Source: a bacterium (GTDB taxonomy: Bacteria; SZUA-182; DTGQ01; JAFGSM01). Taken from it: a stretch of DNA of 64,000 bases. The first letter of the stretch is position 1; the number at the start of each line of letters is the position of its first letter. The stretch spans positions 1 through 64,000 of the forward strand of contig JBLIRN010000012.1 of assembly GCA_049472315.1 (NCBI GenBank). The letters run 5' to 3'. Positions 47,417 to 56,823 of this stretch are shown here, piece by piece. Below the pieces are notes generated by a model. It saw only the letters and a program-made list of their open reading frames with translations, made no database searches and was not told the origin of the DNA. The position numbers and the translations under genes were made by a program.

Positions 47417-48413
47417 GTTCCGCATTCCACCTTCGATGAACGAGGTCCCTCGCCATTCTGATTGCCTCATGAAGGCTGGACGGATCCGCCCACCCCTTCC
47501 AGGCGATGTCATACCCCGTGCCATGATCAACGGAGGTCCTGATGATGGGCAATCCCAGGGTGCAGTTCACCCCCTTGCCGAATGAGATCATCTTCAGCGG
47601 GATGAGACCCTGATCATGATACATGACCACCACCGCGTCAAATCTGCCGTCTTTGGCAAAGTGAAAAAGCGTATCGGAGGGATGGGGACCGCTCACGGTC
47701 ATTCCCTTGCTGCGCGCCATGTCAATGGCAGGACGTATGTGCGTCTCTTCCTCGCTCCCGAAGAGCCCCCCCTCACCCCCATGGGGATTCAAGGCGGCCA
47801 CTGCCAACTTCGGCGGATATCCCAGGTATCGCACCCACCACTCATGGCTGATCTCGAGGATGTCATAAATCCGCTCCTTGCTGATGAGATGGGGCACCGC
47901 TGCCAAGGCGCAGTGGGTGGTCACCAGTATGACCCTCAACGATCCCCCCGCCAGCATCATGGCAAAACGCTTTGTATTGGTCAGCTCCGCGAGATACTCC
48001 GTGTGACCGGGATAGGGATATCCACCCATATGGATGGCCTCCTTTGATATGGGCGCGGTAATGACCGCCGCCACCCTGCCTTCCATCGCCAATTCCACCG
48101 CGGTACGGATATACCGGATGGAGGCCCTTCCCCCTTCCGCAGTGGGACCCCGTTCGCTGAGATCTCCAGCCGGCACATCCGATGCACAGTGAAGCACCGG
48201 TATCCCGGGCCGGGAGGGATCAACCTCATCCACCGACGCAGCAGAATAAAGCGGCTTTCCAGGTGCAAAGCGTTCCTGCGCCCGCTGAAGGATCGGGTAA
48301 TCGCCCACCACCATGAGGTCGCCGGTTTCCTCCTCCTCATGAATGGCCTTGACAATCACCTCAGGGCCTATGCCGAAGGGATCTCCCATGGTAATGGCCA
48401 TGGTATTCTTCAT
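47406..48413 (-). CDS. pdxA: 4-hydroxythreonine-4-phosphate dehydrogenase PdxA
   Basis: TMGDPFGIGPE, GHTE, LNPHGGE, MYHDQGLIPLK, RTSVDHGT. Confidence 0.95.
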   Translation of the reverse strand: MKNTMAITMGDPFGIGPEVIVKAIHEEEETGDLMVVGDYPILQRAQERFAPGKPLYSAASVDEVDPSRPGIPVLHCASDVPAGDLSERGPTAEGGRASIRYIRTAVELAMEGRVAAVITAPISKEAIHMGGYPYPGHTEYLAELTNTKRFAMMLAGGSLRVILVTTHCALAAVPHLISKERIYDILEISHEWWVRYLGYPPKLAVAALNPHGGEGGLFGSEEETHIRPAIDMARSKGMTVSGPHPSDTLFHFAKDGRFDAVVVMYHDQGLIPLKMISFGKGVNCTLGLPIIRTSVDHGTGYDIAWKGWADPSSLHEAIRMARDLVHRRWNAEHGA

Positions 48414-48634
48414 TGCAGTTCATCCATCGCGAATCCCTGAGAGATCCGCCGCATATCAATCCCCATACGGGCGGATAATACCATATTACGTCGTCAGTAT
48501 AGTAAAATCGCGATGATTCGTCAAAGATTGATATCTCAATTTATTAAGACAATTTGGGAGGAAGGAGGTCTGCGGATGAGCGCTACAGGCTGTCAGAGTG
48601 GGAGCCGGAATGGAAGGGCATTCCCCTTCCGGCA

Positions 48635-48693
48635 ATACATCGTGCTAATCAGCCGCTCAGCTTTTTGCGTCGGCGGCATTAGTCTTATTGGGT
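48635..48693 (-). mobile_element. Degenerate 59-bp integron attC-like site
   Basis: Minus strand reads ACCCAAT-AAGACTAATGCCGCCGACGCAAAAAGCTGAGCGGCTGATTAGCAC-GATGTAT; inner inverted repeat CTAAT-GCCGC/GCGGC-TG-ATTAG; both outer core boxes mutated. Confidence 0.65.
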
Positions 48694-49877
48694 GTTTGGA
48701 TTGTTCTAATTGCAGTTACAGGGTAGCCTTCATAAGGGTCTTCGACCCGATAGATCTCAACTTTTCCTTGCAATTCCAATAGGTTTGCCATGTCATAAGA
48801 TGCAGAATAATCATAACCATTTGATCCGAGAACTGACTTAACGAAGTGGGATAGACCAACAAACCCACCCTTATTATTAAAATAATATTCTTGATTATGA
48901 AGCTCGCTTAGGAAGGTATCCTCATTCACGACATCAAACATATAACCCTTTTCTATGAAGCTATGTCGCATTGCCTCCTTCTCTTCTTGAGGTATATCAA
49001 CTATCTCTATTGATTCAGATGCATCATTTATTATAGTAATTAATTCCTCCGCTAAATCTTTACCCTTATTGAGATCATCTGATGTAAAAAGATTGTTATG
49101 AGCTACCTTGTGCCTTATTTTTTCTAAATCCTCCCATTTTGCTTGAAACCCTTTATCTTTAAAAGATTCCTTGAAGAATTTATGGTAATTACTCTTGACT
49201 TGTGACTTGAGATCAGCAATAGCTTCACGCGTCTCTTCACATTCACTAATTTTTTTGATGATATGGTCCAGGCTTGTGAAACCTGACGATTGAGCGTAAA
49301 TGATTTTCCCTAAATCACCAAAATCAATTAAGTAAGCACTATTTTCGACATGCTTAGAAAAAACGGTTTCATTATTTTTTCTCTGCTGTACCTTCATGCT
49401 CCATTCACCCGTGGCAGTCAACTCCCACCATTTAGGACCAAGACGCGTTGACATGAATTTGATTAGGTATCCTCTAAGAGCATTTTCAACTCTGTAAAGA
49501 AAAGGGTAGATTTTGCACGCAATACATTCTGAAACTTCATCTTTGAGTATATATAAAGGTTCAAAATGCTGATTTTTCATATATTCTAATAACGGTAGAC
49601 GAAAAGACTCTAAACGCTCGATATGGCCTGATACGGATACATCAAAAGCATTGTCATATGAGGGCTCATTACTTTCGCCCTTTGAAACCATTCGTACCGT
49701 TACTTTCAAATCACCATCAATGATAGAACGATTACCTTCATTAATAATAGGTTTTTTCCAAATTATGCCATTGCCCAAAAGAGAGTGCAATAAATTTTGG
49801 TCAGTCTTGATAACACATGCTCCCTTTGTATCGAGTGCAAGAATTTCAAATTTCATTTCTTTGTTTTGTTCTTCCAT
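48657..49877 (-). CDS. HEPN-domain protein (Swt1-like), putative RNase toxin/defence effector, AT-rich
   Basis: LYRVENALR...WW, DFGDLGKII, R-x4-H motif IRHKVAHN; visibly lower GC than flanks; start placed at MEEQ. Confidence 0.75.
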   Translation of the reverse strand: MEEQNKEMKFEILALDTKGACVIKTDQNLLHSLLGNGIIWKKPIINEGNRSIIDGDLKVTVRMVSKGESNEPSYDNAFDVSVSGHIERLESFRLPLLEYMKNQHFEPLYILKDEVSECIACKIYPFLYRVENALRGYLIKFMSTRLGPKWWELTATGEWSMKVQQRKNNETVFSKHVENSAYLIDFGDLGKIIYAQSSGFTSLDHIIKKISECEETREAIADLKSQVKSNYHKFFKESFKDKGFQAKWEDLEKIRHKVAHNNLFTSDDLNKGKDLAEELITIINDASESIEIVDIPQEEKEAMRHSFIEKGYMFDVVNEDTFLSELHNQEYYFNNKGGFVGLSHFVKSVLGSNGYDYSASYDMANLLELQGKVEIYRVEDPYEGYPVTAIRTIQTPNKTNAADAKS

Positions 49878-49951
49878 GGTACTTTCTTCATTTGTGACAC
49901 TCAACAAGAAATCAGGCCGAGGAGGATCATAGGAGAAAAAACACCGGTTGA

Positions 49952-50338
49952 TCAATGAAGGCACTGGCAAACGGTTTCCCGCATGCCGAGGGAATGCTCG
50001 ACTGCCTTGACCAATTCGTCGCTTGAAAATGGTTTCATCAGGATCTTTGTGATCCCGTATTGCTTGGCGTCTTCCTGGGAGATGGGTTCCTCATAGCCGG
50101 TCACGATGATAATAGGGGTCTTCAATCCCTTATTGCGAAGCTCCTTGATGGTACCCAATCCGTCCTTTCCCGGCATCAGGAGATCCGTGATGATGACCTC
50201 CGGGTTGTCGCTACTCAGTCTCTCGAGTGCCTCGTCCCCATTCTGGGCATCGGTGACCGCATGCCCCTTTCTTTCGAGAAAGGACCGTATCATCATTCGT
50301 ATCTCAAACATATCCTCGATAATAAGAATCTTGGCCAT
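49952..50338 (-). CDS. Single-domain response regulator (CheY-like)
   Basis: ILIIED, ITDLLMP, VTG, KPF. Confidence 0.88.
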   Translation of the reverse strand: MAKILIIEDMFEIRMMIRSFLERKGHAVTDAQNGDEALERLSSDNPEVIITDLLMPGKDGLGTIKELRNKGLKTPIIIVTGYEEPISQEDAKQYGITKILMKPFSSDELVKAVEHSLGMRETVCQCLH

Positions 50339-50513
50339 ATCTTTTCCCTTTGCAGGCAAGAGGTGATCATGGGATACCCTGTCTATTTTTCGACATTTTT
50401 CCGTATTTTATTCATGAAAACCATCCGGTCATACATATGCCTTGTGCAGACTGCGGGTGCCACCGATGGTATGGTTTGAGACACGGTGCGTTTTGTGCTA
50501 TCAATAAGGCATC

Positions 50514-52709
50514 ATGGACATCCGGGAACAAACGGGCACCTCATCCGATCTCCTCTGCCTGCAGGGAGAAATGGAGAGGGTCGTCTACCAGAGCGATGAG
50601 GACAGCTTCACGGTTGCCCGGTTCAGGCCTGCAGGGCAACCGGGGGAGATCACCATAACCGGTAATCTTGCAGGGGTTCAGCCGGGCGAAATCCTCAAAC
50701 TCACGGGATGCTGGTGTAACCATAAACGATTCGGCCCGCAGTTCCGCGTCGAGCGCTTCACCTGTCTGGTACCATCCAGCGTGAAGGGGATGGAAAAATA
50801 CCTTGCATCCGGCATGATCAAAGGGATCGGACCGGTCATGGCACGGAGGCTGGTCGAGATGTTCGGGGTGGATACGCTGGAGGTGATCGAATCATCCCCT
50901 GCAATGCTCTCTCAGGTTGAAGGGATCGGCCCCAAACGGGTGGCCATGATCACCAGTGCGTGGAAGGCCCAGAAGGAGATAAAACAGATCATGCTCTTCC
51001 TTCAGGGCCACGATGTCAGCGCGGCGCTTGCCGTGAAGATCTTCAAGCAGTACGGCCAGAAGTCAATCGCGGTGGTCAGGGAAAACCCCTATCGTCTCGC
51101 CGTGGACATCTTCGGCATAGGATTCAAGACCGCCGACAAGATCGCCGCAAAGATCGGCATACCCTCCGATTCACCAATGAGGGCCCAGGCGGGCATCCTG
51201 TTTATCCTGAACCAGATGGCAGACAAGGGGCACTGTTTCCTTCCCCTCGCCGTTCTGGTGGAGGAATGCACCAAGGCACTCGAGGTGGACGGCGCACTGA
51301 TCAATGACGCCATCCGTGATCTGGCCGCCAAAAAATACATCGTGGTGGAGGAACCGGGTCAGGAACAAGGGGTGTACCTTGCCTCCTTCCATACGGCAGA
51401 GACGGGGATCACCCGGCTGCTCGCACGGCTCAAGAAACAACCTCGCCACATGGACCGCATCGACTCCAAACGGGCCATTCCCTGGGCGGAACGGGAACTG
51501 GGGATCACCCTGGACCCGATCCAGCGGGAGGCGATTGCACAGGCGCTCGAGCAGAAGGTGCTGGTCATAACCGGCGGACCCGGAACAGGGAAAACCACCA
51601 TTATCAAGGCGTTACTGGCCATTCTGTCCGAGATCAATACCAAGACCCTCCTCGCCGCTCCCACAGGAAGGGCGGCAAAAAGGATGCACGAGGCCACAGG
51701 CCGCGAGGCAAAGACCATCCATCGGCTTCTGGAGTTCAGCCCTCAAAGGCGCACCTTCGTCAGGGATGAACACAATCCCCTTACTGCCGACTATGTCATA
51801 CTGGACGAGGTGTCCATGGTGGATACCATACTCATGTATCACCTGCTCAAGGCCATCCCTGCCCATGCCTGCTTGATCCTCATCGGGGATTCGAATCAGC
51901 TCCCTTCGGTGGGAGCGGGAAATGTGCTCGGGGATATCTGCGCCTCAGGATATGTCCAGGTGGTGAAACTGGAAAAGATCTTCAGACAGGCACAGGAGAG
52001 TCTGATTGTATCGAATGCCCATCGGATCCTCCAGGGGGCATTTCCCGTCATACCAAAGAAGGGGGAGCATGCCGACTTTTACCTCGTTGTTGAAGAGGAA
52101 CCTGAAAGGATACTCACCACCATCATTGAGCTGTATAAGGTGCATATACCAAACCGGTTCAAATTCGATCCCTACCAGGATATCCAGGTGATCACCCCCA
52201 TGAACAGGGGAATCGTGGGCGCCGCCAATCTCAACACCCGGCTCCAGGAGCACCTCAACCCCAAAAGTCCCGGAATGCACAAGGGTGGGAGGATATTCAG
52301 GCTTCACGACAAGGTCATGCAGATCAAGAACAACTATGACAAGGAGGTCTTCAACGGCGATATCGGCAGGATAATCCACCTTGACGAGGATATGCTCGAG
52401 ATGGCGGTCGATTTCGACGGTCGATCGGTGATGTATGATCCCAGTGATCTCGATGAACTGATCCTGGCCTATGCCATAACCGTGCATAAGTCCCAGGGGA
52501 GTGAATATCCGGCGATCATCGTACCGGTGAGCACCCAGCACTATCCCCTGCTTCAAAGAAATCTCATCTATACCGCCATCACCAGGGCGAAAAGGCTGAT
52601 GATCATGGTGGGGACCAAAAAGGCCCTCTTCATGGCGATTCGGAATATAAAGAGAGAAAAACGCTATTCCCTCTTGGAAGAACGATTGAGGAATGCAGGA
52701 GGAGAATAG
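50514..52709 (+). CDS. recD2: ATP-dependent RecD2-like DNA helicase
   Basis: HhH GIGP motifs, GGPGTGKTT, APTGRAAKR, DEVSM, TVHKSQGSE, YTAITRAK. Confidence 0.93.
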   Translation: MDIREQTGTSSDLLCLQGEMERVVYQSDEDSFTVARFRPAGQPGEITITGNLAGVQPGEILKLTGCWCNHKRFGPQFRVERFTCLVPSSVKGMEKYLASGMIKGIGPVMARRLVEMFGVDTLEVIESSPAMLSQVEGIGPKRVAMITSAWKAQKEIKQIMLFLQGHDVSAALAVKIFKQYGQKSIAVVRENPYRLAVDIFGIGFKTADKIAAKIGIPSDSPMRAQAGILFILNQMADKGHCFLPLAVLVEECTKALEVDGALINDAIRDLAAKKYIVVEEPGQEQGVYLASFHTAETGITRLLARLKKQPRHMDRIDSKRAIPWAERELGITLDPIQREAIAQALEQKVLVITGGPGTGKTTIIKALLAILSEINTKTLLAAPTGRAAKRMHEATGREAKTIHRLLEFSPQRRTFVRDEHNPLTADYVILDEVSMVDTILMYHLLKAIPAHACLILIGDSNQLPSVGAGNVLGDICASGYVQVVKLEKIFRQAQESLIVSNAHRILQGAFPVIPKKGEHADFYLVVEEEPERILTTIIELYKVHIPNRFKFDPYQDIQVITPMNRGIVGAANLNTRLQEHLNPKSPGMHKGGRIFRLHDKVMQIKNNYDKEVFNGDIGRIIHLDEDMLEMAVDFDGRSVMYDPSDLDELILAYAITVHKSQGSEYPAIIVPVSTQHYPLLQRNLIYTAITRAKRLMIMVGTKKALFMAIRNIKREKRYSLLEERLRNAGGE

Positions 52710-52712
52710 GGA

Positions 52713-52928
52713 TCAGTTATTAAACTTGTTGCGGGAGCGGGCAGCATCCTCGGGACTGAGATGGCAGATGGCCTGTTGGAGCCCCTTGCTGAGGTTGGTA
52801 TAGAGGTTAGGGGACTCCTTTTTGAATATCTCGTCCAATTTCTTGCTGAGGCTCTCTTCGAACAGCTTCACCAGTTCCCTGTTGTCTTTCGAAATTCGTG
52901 CCGGTCGTTCGAGTGTTGCTCGCTTCAT
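52713..52928 (-). CDS. Small hypothetical protein
   Basis: G-rich RBS before ATG; 71-aa charged helical ORF filling the gap after recD2. Confidence 0.45.
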   Translation of the reverse strand: MKRATLERPARISKDNRELVKLFEESLSKKLDEIFKKESPNLYTNLSKGLQQAICHLSPEDAARSRNKFNN

Positions 52929-53186
52929 GATATCCCCCCATTATGTCTGAGACGGGAAGACCGTTGTCCCCCCCATAGTCCCGACCAGTGGTTACTGAAT
53001 CTGACTACCCATCCAACGGTCAACGCATACCACCTTATGCAAATGGCATACCAAAAATGCCATGGCAATATCATCATTAAAATCAAATAATTAAACGCCA
53101 TCAACAATTTGCTCACTGTTTGCTGATCATATACAAGGCACGATTTGATCATTTTTTGAATAACGACACACACCCAGGGGGCGCTC

Positions 53187-53565
53187 AAACCAAACTTTGT
53201 TAGGGCGAAGCGCAGCGCAGCCCTATGCTGCCCTCCCGGTTTACCCAAAGTGCCAGCGACTAAACCAAGCAACCTTTGTCAGGCGAAGCACTATGCTGCC
53301 CTTTCGGCTTACCCACTGGGCTCCGACTAAACCAACCAACCTTTGTCAGACATAGCGCAGCGCAGCCACAAACCAAACTTTGTTAGGGCGAAGCGCAGCG
53401 CAGCCACTTTGCTGCCCTCATGGTCACCTGTAAGGCCCGATTCGGGAAGCCCGAGCACCCAAACTTTGTTGGGGCGAAGCGAAGCACTATGTTACCCTCC
53501 CAGTTACCTGTAGAGCCCGCTTCGGGAAGTGCATCACACAACCAACCTCCGTCAGGCGGAGCAAG
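53187..53565 (+). repeat. Intergenic repeat cluster (about 6 core copies, several with tails)
   Basis: ccaaactttgttagggcgaagcgcagcgcagcc twice, ctttgtcaggcgaagcactat, and tails gctgccctcc...gcccgcttcgggaag. Confidence 0.85.
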
Positions 53566-53757
53566 GTATATGATATTGAGCAATTACATTATCCAAAGGA
53601 AGCAAAATACTGAACAATTACCGAACACTTTACCGATATATAAATAGAAGCAAAAAGTGTATGACCTTACAGGATAGACTGGAAATTTTTGAACAGTTTC
53701 TGCGCAAATTCCGAAGCAAGGCATGCGTTAATGCCACTGATATGAAAAGGTTCAGGG

Positions 53758-55197
53758 ATGGCTAAAAAGCGAATCATAATCGGAAATAACACCATAGACG
53801 CACTCAGCAATCTCGCCTCCGCACTCGAGTCACAGGGGTATGAGGTCTTAACCTCAAAATCGGGCTCCGAGGTCTTTCATCTCTACACCGAGTCCTCACC
53901 TGACCTGCTCATCCTGGATACCTCGCTTCCTGAAAAAAGCGGCGTTGATATCCTCAAACTGGTAAAGGGGAAAACACCCCAGCTTCCGGTCATGATTGTT
54001 GCCGATCAGGTTTCAACCAATGCAGCGATTGAGACCATGAAACTGGGTGCCTATGACTATATAACCCAGCCCTTCGACATTCCCAAGATACTGGATATCA
54101 TCAAGACCGCCCTGACGTCACAGTCGGTAAACAAGGCCATCACCATCAATCCGGCGGTCATGTCTGACGATATCTACGACACGGATACCATCATCGGAAA
54201 CAGCCGCGAGATGCTGGAGATATACAAGATGATCGGACAGGTGGCTCAAAGCGACGCCCCGGTGCTCATCCAGGGGGAAAGCGGCACCGGCAAGGAATTG
54301 ATTGCACGGGCCATCTATCATCACAGCCTTCGAAAAAGCAAACCGTTCCTGGCGGTCAATTGCGCCGCCATCCCCGAACAGCTTCTGGAGAGCGAGCTCT
54401 TCGGGCATGAAAAGGGATCATTCACCGGTGCGCTGAATAAAAAGATAGGCAAATTCGAGCAGTGTCATGGGGGGACCGTATTCTTGGACGAGATCGGAGA
54501 TATGTCCCTCTCGGCACAAAGCAAGGTCCTCCGCGTGCTGCAGGACCAGGTCTTCGAACGGGTCGGCGGCCAGGAGAGCATCAAGGTGGATGTCAGGGTC
54601 ATCGCGGCCACCAACAAGAGTCTCGTTCAGGCAGTCAAGGAAGGCACCTTCAGGGTGGATCTCTTCTATCGCCTCAAGGTCATATCCCTGTACCTTCCTT
54701 CCCTGCGGGAGCGGCCCGAGGACATCCCGCTCCTTGCGGACTATTTCCTGCTGAAATACCGGCACAAATTAAAAAAGCCGGTCAACGGCATTGCACACCA
54801 GGCAATGATGATCCTAAGTCAGTATCACTGGCCCGGGAATATCCGTGAGCTTGAAAACGTGATTCAATCGGCCATTGTTCTGTGCAAGGGGGATGTCATA
54901 CTTCCCGAGCACCTGCCCATCGGTGACATGGACCACTCAACGAAGCAACGGATATCGACTGCTGGGACCGATGTGGAGGATTTCGCCACCATGTTCGAAG
55001 AGATCATTTCGCCGATCATGGACAAGATGGCAAAATCCAATGAGGAAAACTGGGCGGCACAGCTCACGGACGGCATGGAAAAGGCACTCCTGAAGTTGAC
55101 CCTCCAGCGGGTCAACGGAAATCAGGTCAAGGCATCCAAGATCCTGGGAATCAGTCGCAACACCTTGAGAAGCAAGATCGAGAAGTTCGCCCTCTGA
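53758..55197 (+). CDS. Sigma54-dependent Fis-family activator with atypical receiver domain
   Basis: GESGTGKE, ESELFGHEKGSFTGA, FLDEIG, WPGNIREL, Fis HTH. Confidence 0.92.
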   Translation: MAKKRIIIGNNTIDALSNLASALESQGYEVLTSKSGSEVFHLYTESSPDLLILDTSLPEKSGVDILKLVKGKTPQLPVMIVADQVSTNAAIETMKLGAYDYITQPFDIPKILDIIKTALTSQSVNKAITINPAVMSDDIYDTDTIIGNSREMLEIYKMIGQVAQSDAPVLIQGESGTGKELIARAIYHHSLRKSKPFLAVNCAAIPEQLLESELFGHEKGSFTGALNKKIGKFEQCHGGTVFLDEIGDMSLSAQSKVLRVLQDQVFERVGGQESIKVDVRVIAATNKSLVQAVKEGTFRVDLFYRLKVISLYLPSLRERPEDIPLLADYFLLKYRHKLKKPVNGIAHQAMMILSQYHWPGNIRELENVIQSAIVLCKGDVILPEHLPIGDMDHSTKQRISTAGTDVEDFATMFEEIISPIMDKMAKSNEENWAAQLTDGMEKALLKLTLQRVNGNQVKASKILGISRNTLRSKIEKFAL

Positions 55198-55199
55198 CC

Positions 55200-55886
55200 T
55201 CAGCTCAAGGAAAACCAGTACCTGACGTCCATCGCCTCATCCTTCCTCTTCTTCAAAGGCTTCTTTTCATCCAGGATGTATTTCAACAGCCGTTTCCTTC
55301 CCATGGGCTCAATATCGGTAAAATCGACCCCCACCTGAATCCCCTCCTTCCCCTTCAGCCGCTCCAGACGAACCACCTTGCCGCTGACTGAGATGTCAAG
55401 ATAGGGGAAGATCGGCACCTCAATGAGCATATCGAGCACCTGCTCCTGGGTAAGGGGATACTCGGTGAGGAAGCGCACACCACCCCCGCTCAAGTCTTTA
55501 CCCTCGGCGCTTATGAAGAGTCCCCGATATTCCTTGGGTTTGAATTCGATGTGAATGGGACGCTCCAGGCGGAAATACCGTCGTTTATTGATGGAACGGA
55601 GTTGTTTGCTCGGGCTCACCACCAGCAGGGTATCCTGCTGCTGAAGACATTTGCGTATTGTCGTGCTGAGACAGTAAAGCGAGGCCCCCTTCTCCCAGAG
55701 GATCTCCACCCTTCTTCCCTCCAGGTACTTGCTTTCGATAACCGGGATATGGATATAGATGCCGTCGTCCTTTATCCGGGTCACATCTCCACGGGGGATC
55801 TCCATGCGACCTTTTGGATGAAGCTCTTCCAATCGCAAACATACCACGTTGCCGATAGAGAGCGTATTGCGGGGCGCTCCGGCCAT
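55200..55886 (-). CDS. YcgR-like PilZ-domain c-di-GMP receptor
   Basis: RRYFR (RxxxR) and DLSGGG (DxSxxG); start placed after the GGGAGAGG RBS. Confidence 0.85.
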   Translation of the reverse strand: MAGAPRNTLSIGNVVCLRLEELHPKGRMEIPRGDVTRIKDDGIYIHIPVIESKYLEGRRVEILWEKGASLYCLSTTIRKCLQQQDTLLVVSPSKQLRSINKRRYFRLERPIHIEFKPKEYRGLFISAEGKDLSGGGVRFLTEYPLTQEQVLDMLIEVPIFPYLDISVSGKVVRLERLKGKEGIQVGVDFTDIEPMGRKRLLKYILDEKKPLKKRKDEAMDVRYWFSLS

Positions 55887-56031
55887 AAAGCCTCTCCCTT
55901 CGTTATGGTTGGCACTCTCCGAGATGAGGGTAAGAATCACCCTGGCCTATATAGATCCTGCCTGCACCTATATTTCTATCGGACAATCGGGATGATTACT
56001 TGGACACACCGGCCAGGATGCGGTACGGATA

Positions 56032-56823
56032 TCAGCAAGGGTCCGCAGATGATTCCGCGGGATCGATAGGCCTCCAGGCACGTGCCGGATAGTAGACCTT
56101 GACCAGGAAGAGTCCCTGAGGGGGTGCGGTAACACCCGCCTCGGCGGGGTCCAAGGAGTCAAGCATGGATTGCACGTGATCAGGGGTGAAACGCCCCCTC
56201 CCCACCTCGATGAGGGTTCCCACCATGCGTCGGACCTGTTTGCGCAGAAAGCCGTTTCCAAGAAACTCGATCACCAGATCCCCCCCCTTATCAACCATGG
56301 CAATGTTCATGAGTCTCCTGATCCCGCTCCTGCCATCCCTTTTGGCGACGCTGAACGCGGAAAAATCGTGCTCCCCGCGAAGGATGGGCAAACATCTCCT
56401 GATTGCCTCTATGTCCAGCGGGTGGGGGATGAACCAGGTGTACGGCCAGAGAAAGGGATCCCTGGTGGAATCCCTGAAGATGCGGTAGCGGTATCGCTTG
56501 GCAACCGCATCCCTGCGTGCATGAAATCCCGGATGAACCACCGACGCCTCCGCAATCGCGATGTCCCTCGGCAGGATGCTGTTGAGTGCCCGCTTCAGGC
56601 TTTTCGCCGGTATGGTTGCACAGGTTGTGAAGTGGGCCACCTGACCAAGCGCATGCACCCCCGCATCCGTCCGTCCCGCCCCGGTGAGCCTGCATGGTTC
56701 ATGGAGGATGGTTTCGAGCCCCTCCTCGATCACCCCTTGTATCGTTTGTCTGCCCGGTTGCACCTGCCAGCCGGCGTACCCTGTACCATCGTAACGGATG
56801 GTCAACCGGAAGGTCCGGCTCAC
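56032..56823 (-). CDS. truA: tRNA pseudouridine(38-40) synthase TruA
   Basis: YDGTGYAGWQ, AGRTDAGVHA, GEHDFSAF, FLRKQVRRMVG, APPQGLFL. Confidence 0.95.
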   Translation of the reverse strand: MSRTFRLTIRYDGTGYAGWQVQPGRQTIQGVIEEGLETILHEPCRLTGAGRTDAGVHALGQVAHFTTCATIPAKSLKRALNSILPRDIAIAEASVVHPGFHARRDAVAKRYRYRIFRDSTRDPFLWPYTWFIPHPLDIEAIRRCLPILRGEHDFSAFSVAKRDGRSGIRRLMNIAMVDKGGDLVIEFLGNGFLRKQVRRMVGTLIEVGRGRFTPDHVQSMLDSLDPAEAGVTAPPQGLFLVKVYYPARAWRPIDPAESSADPC

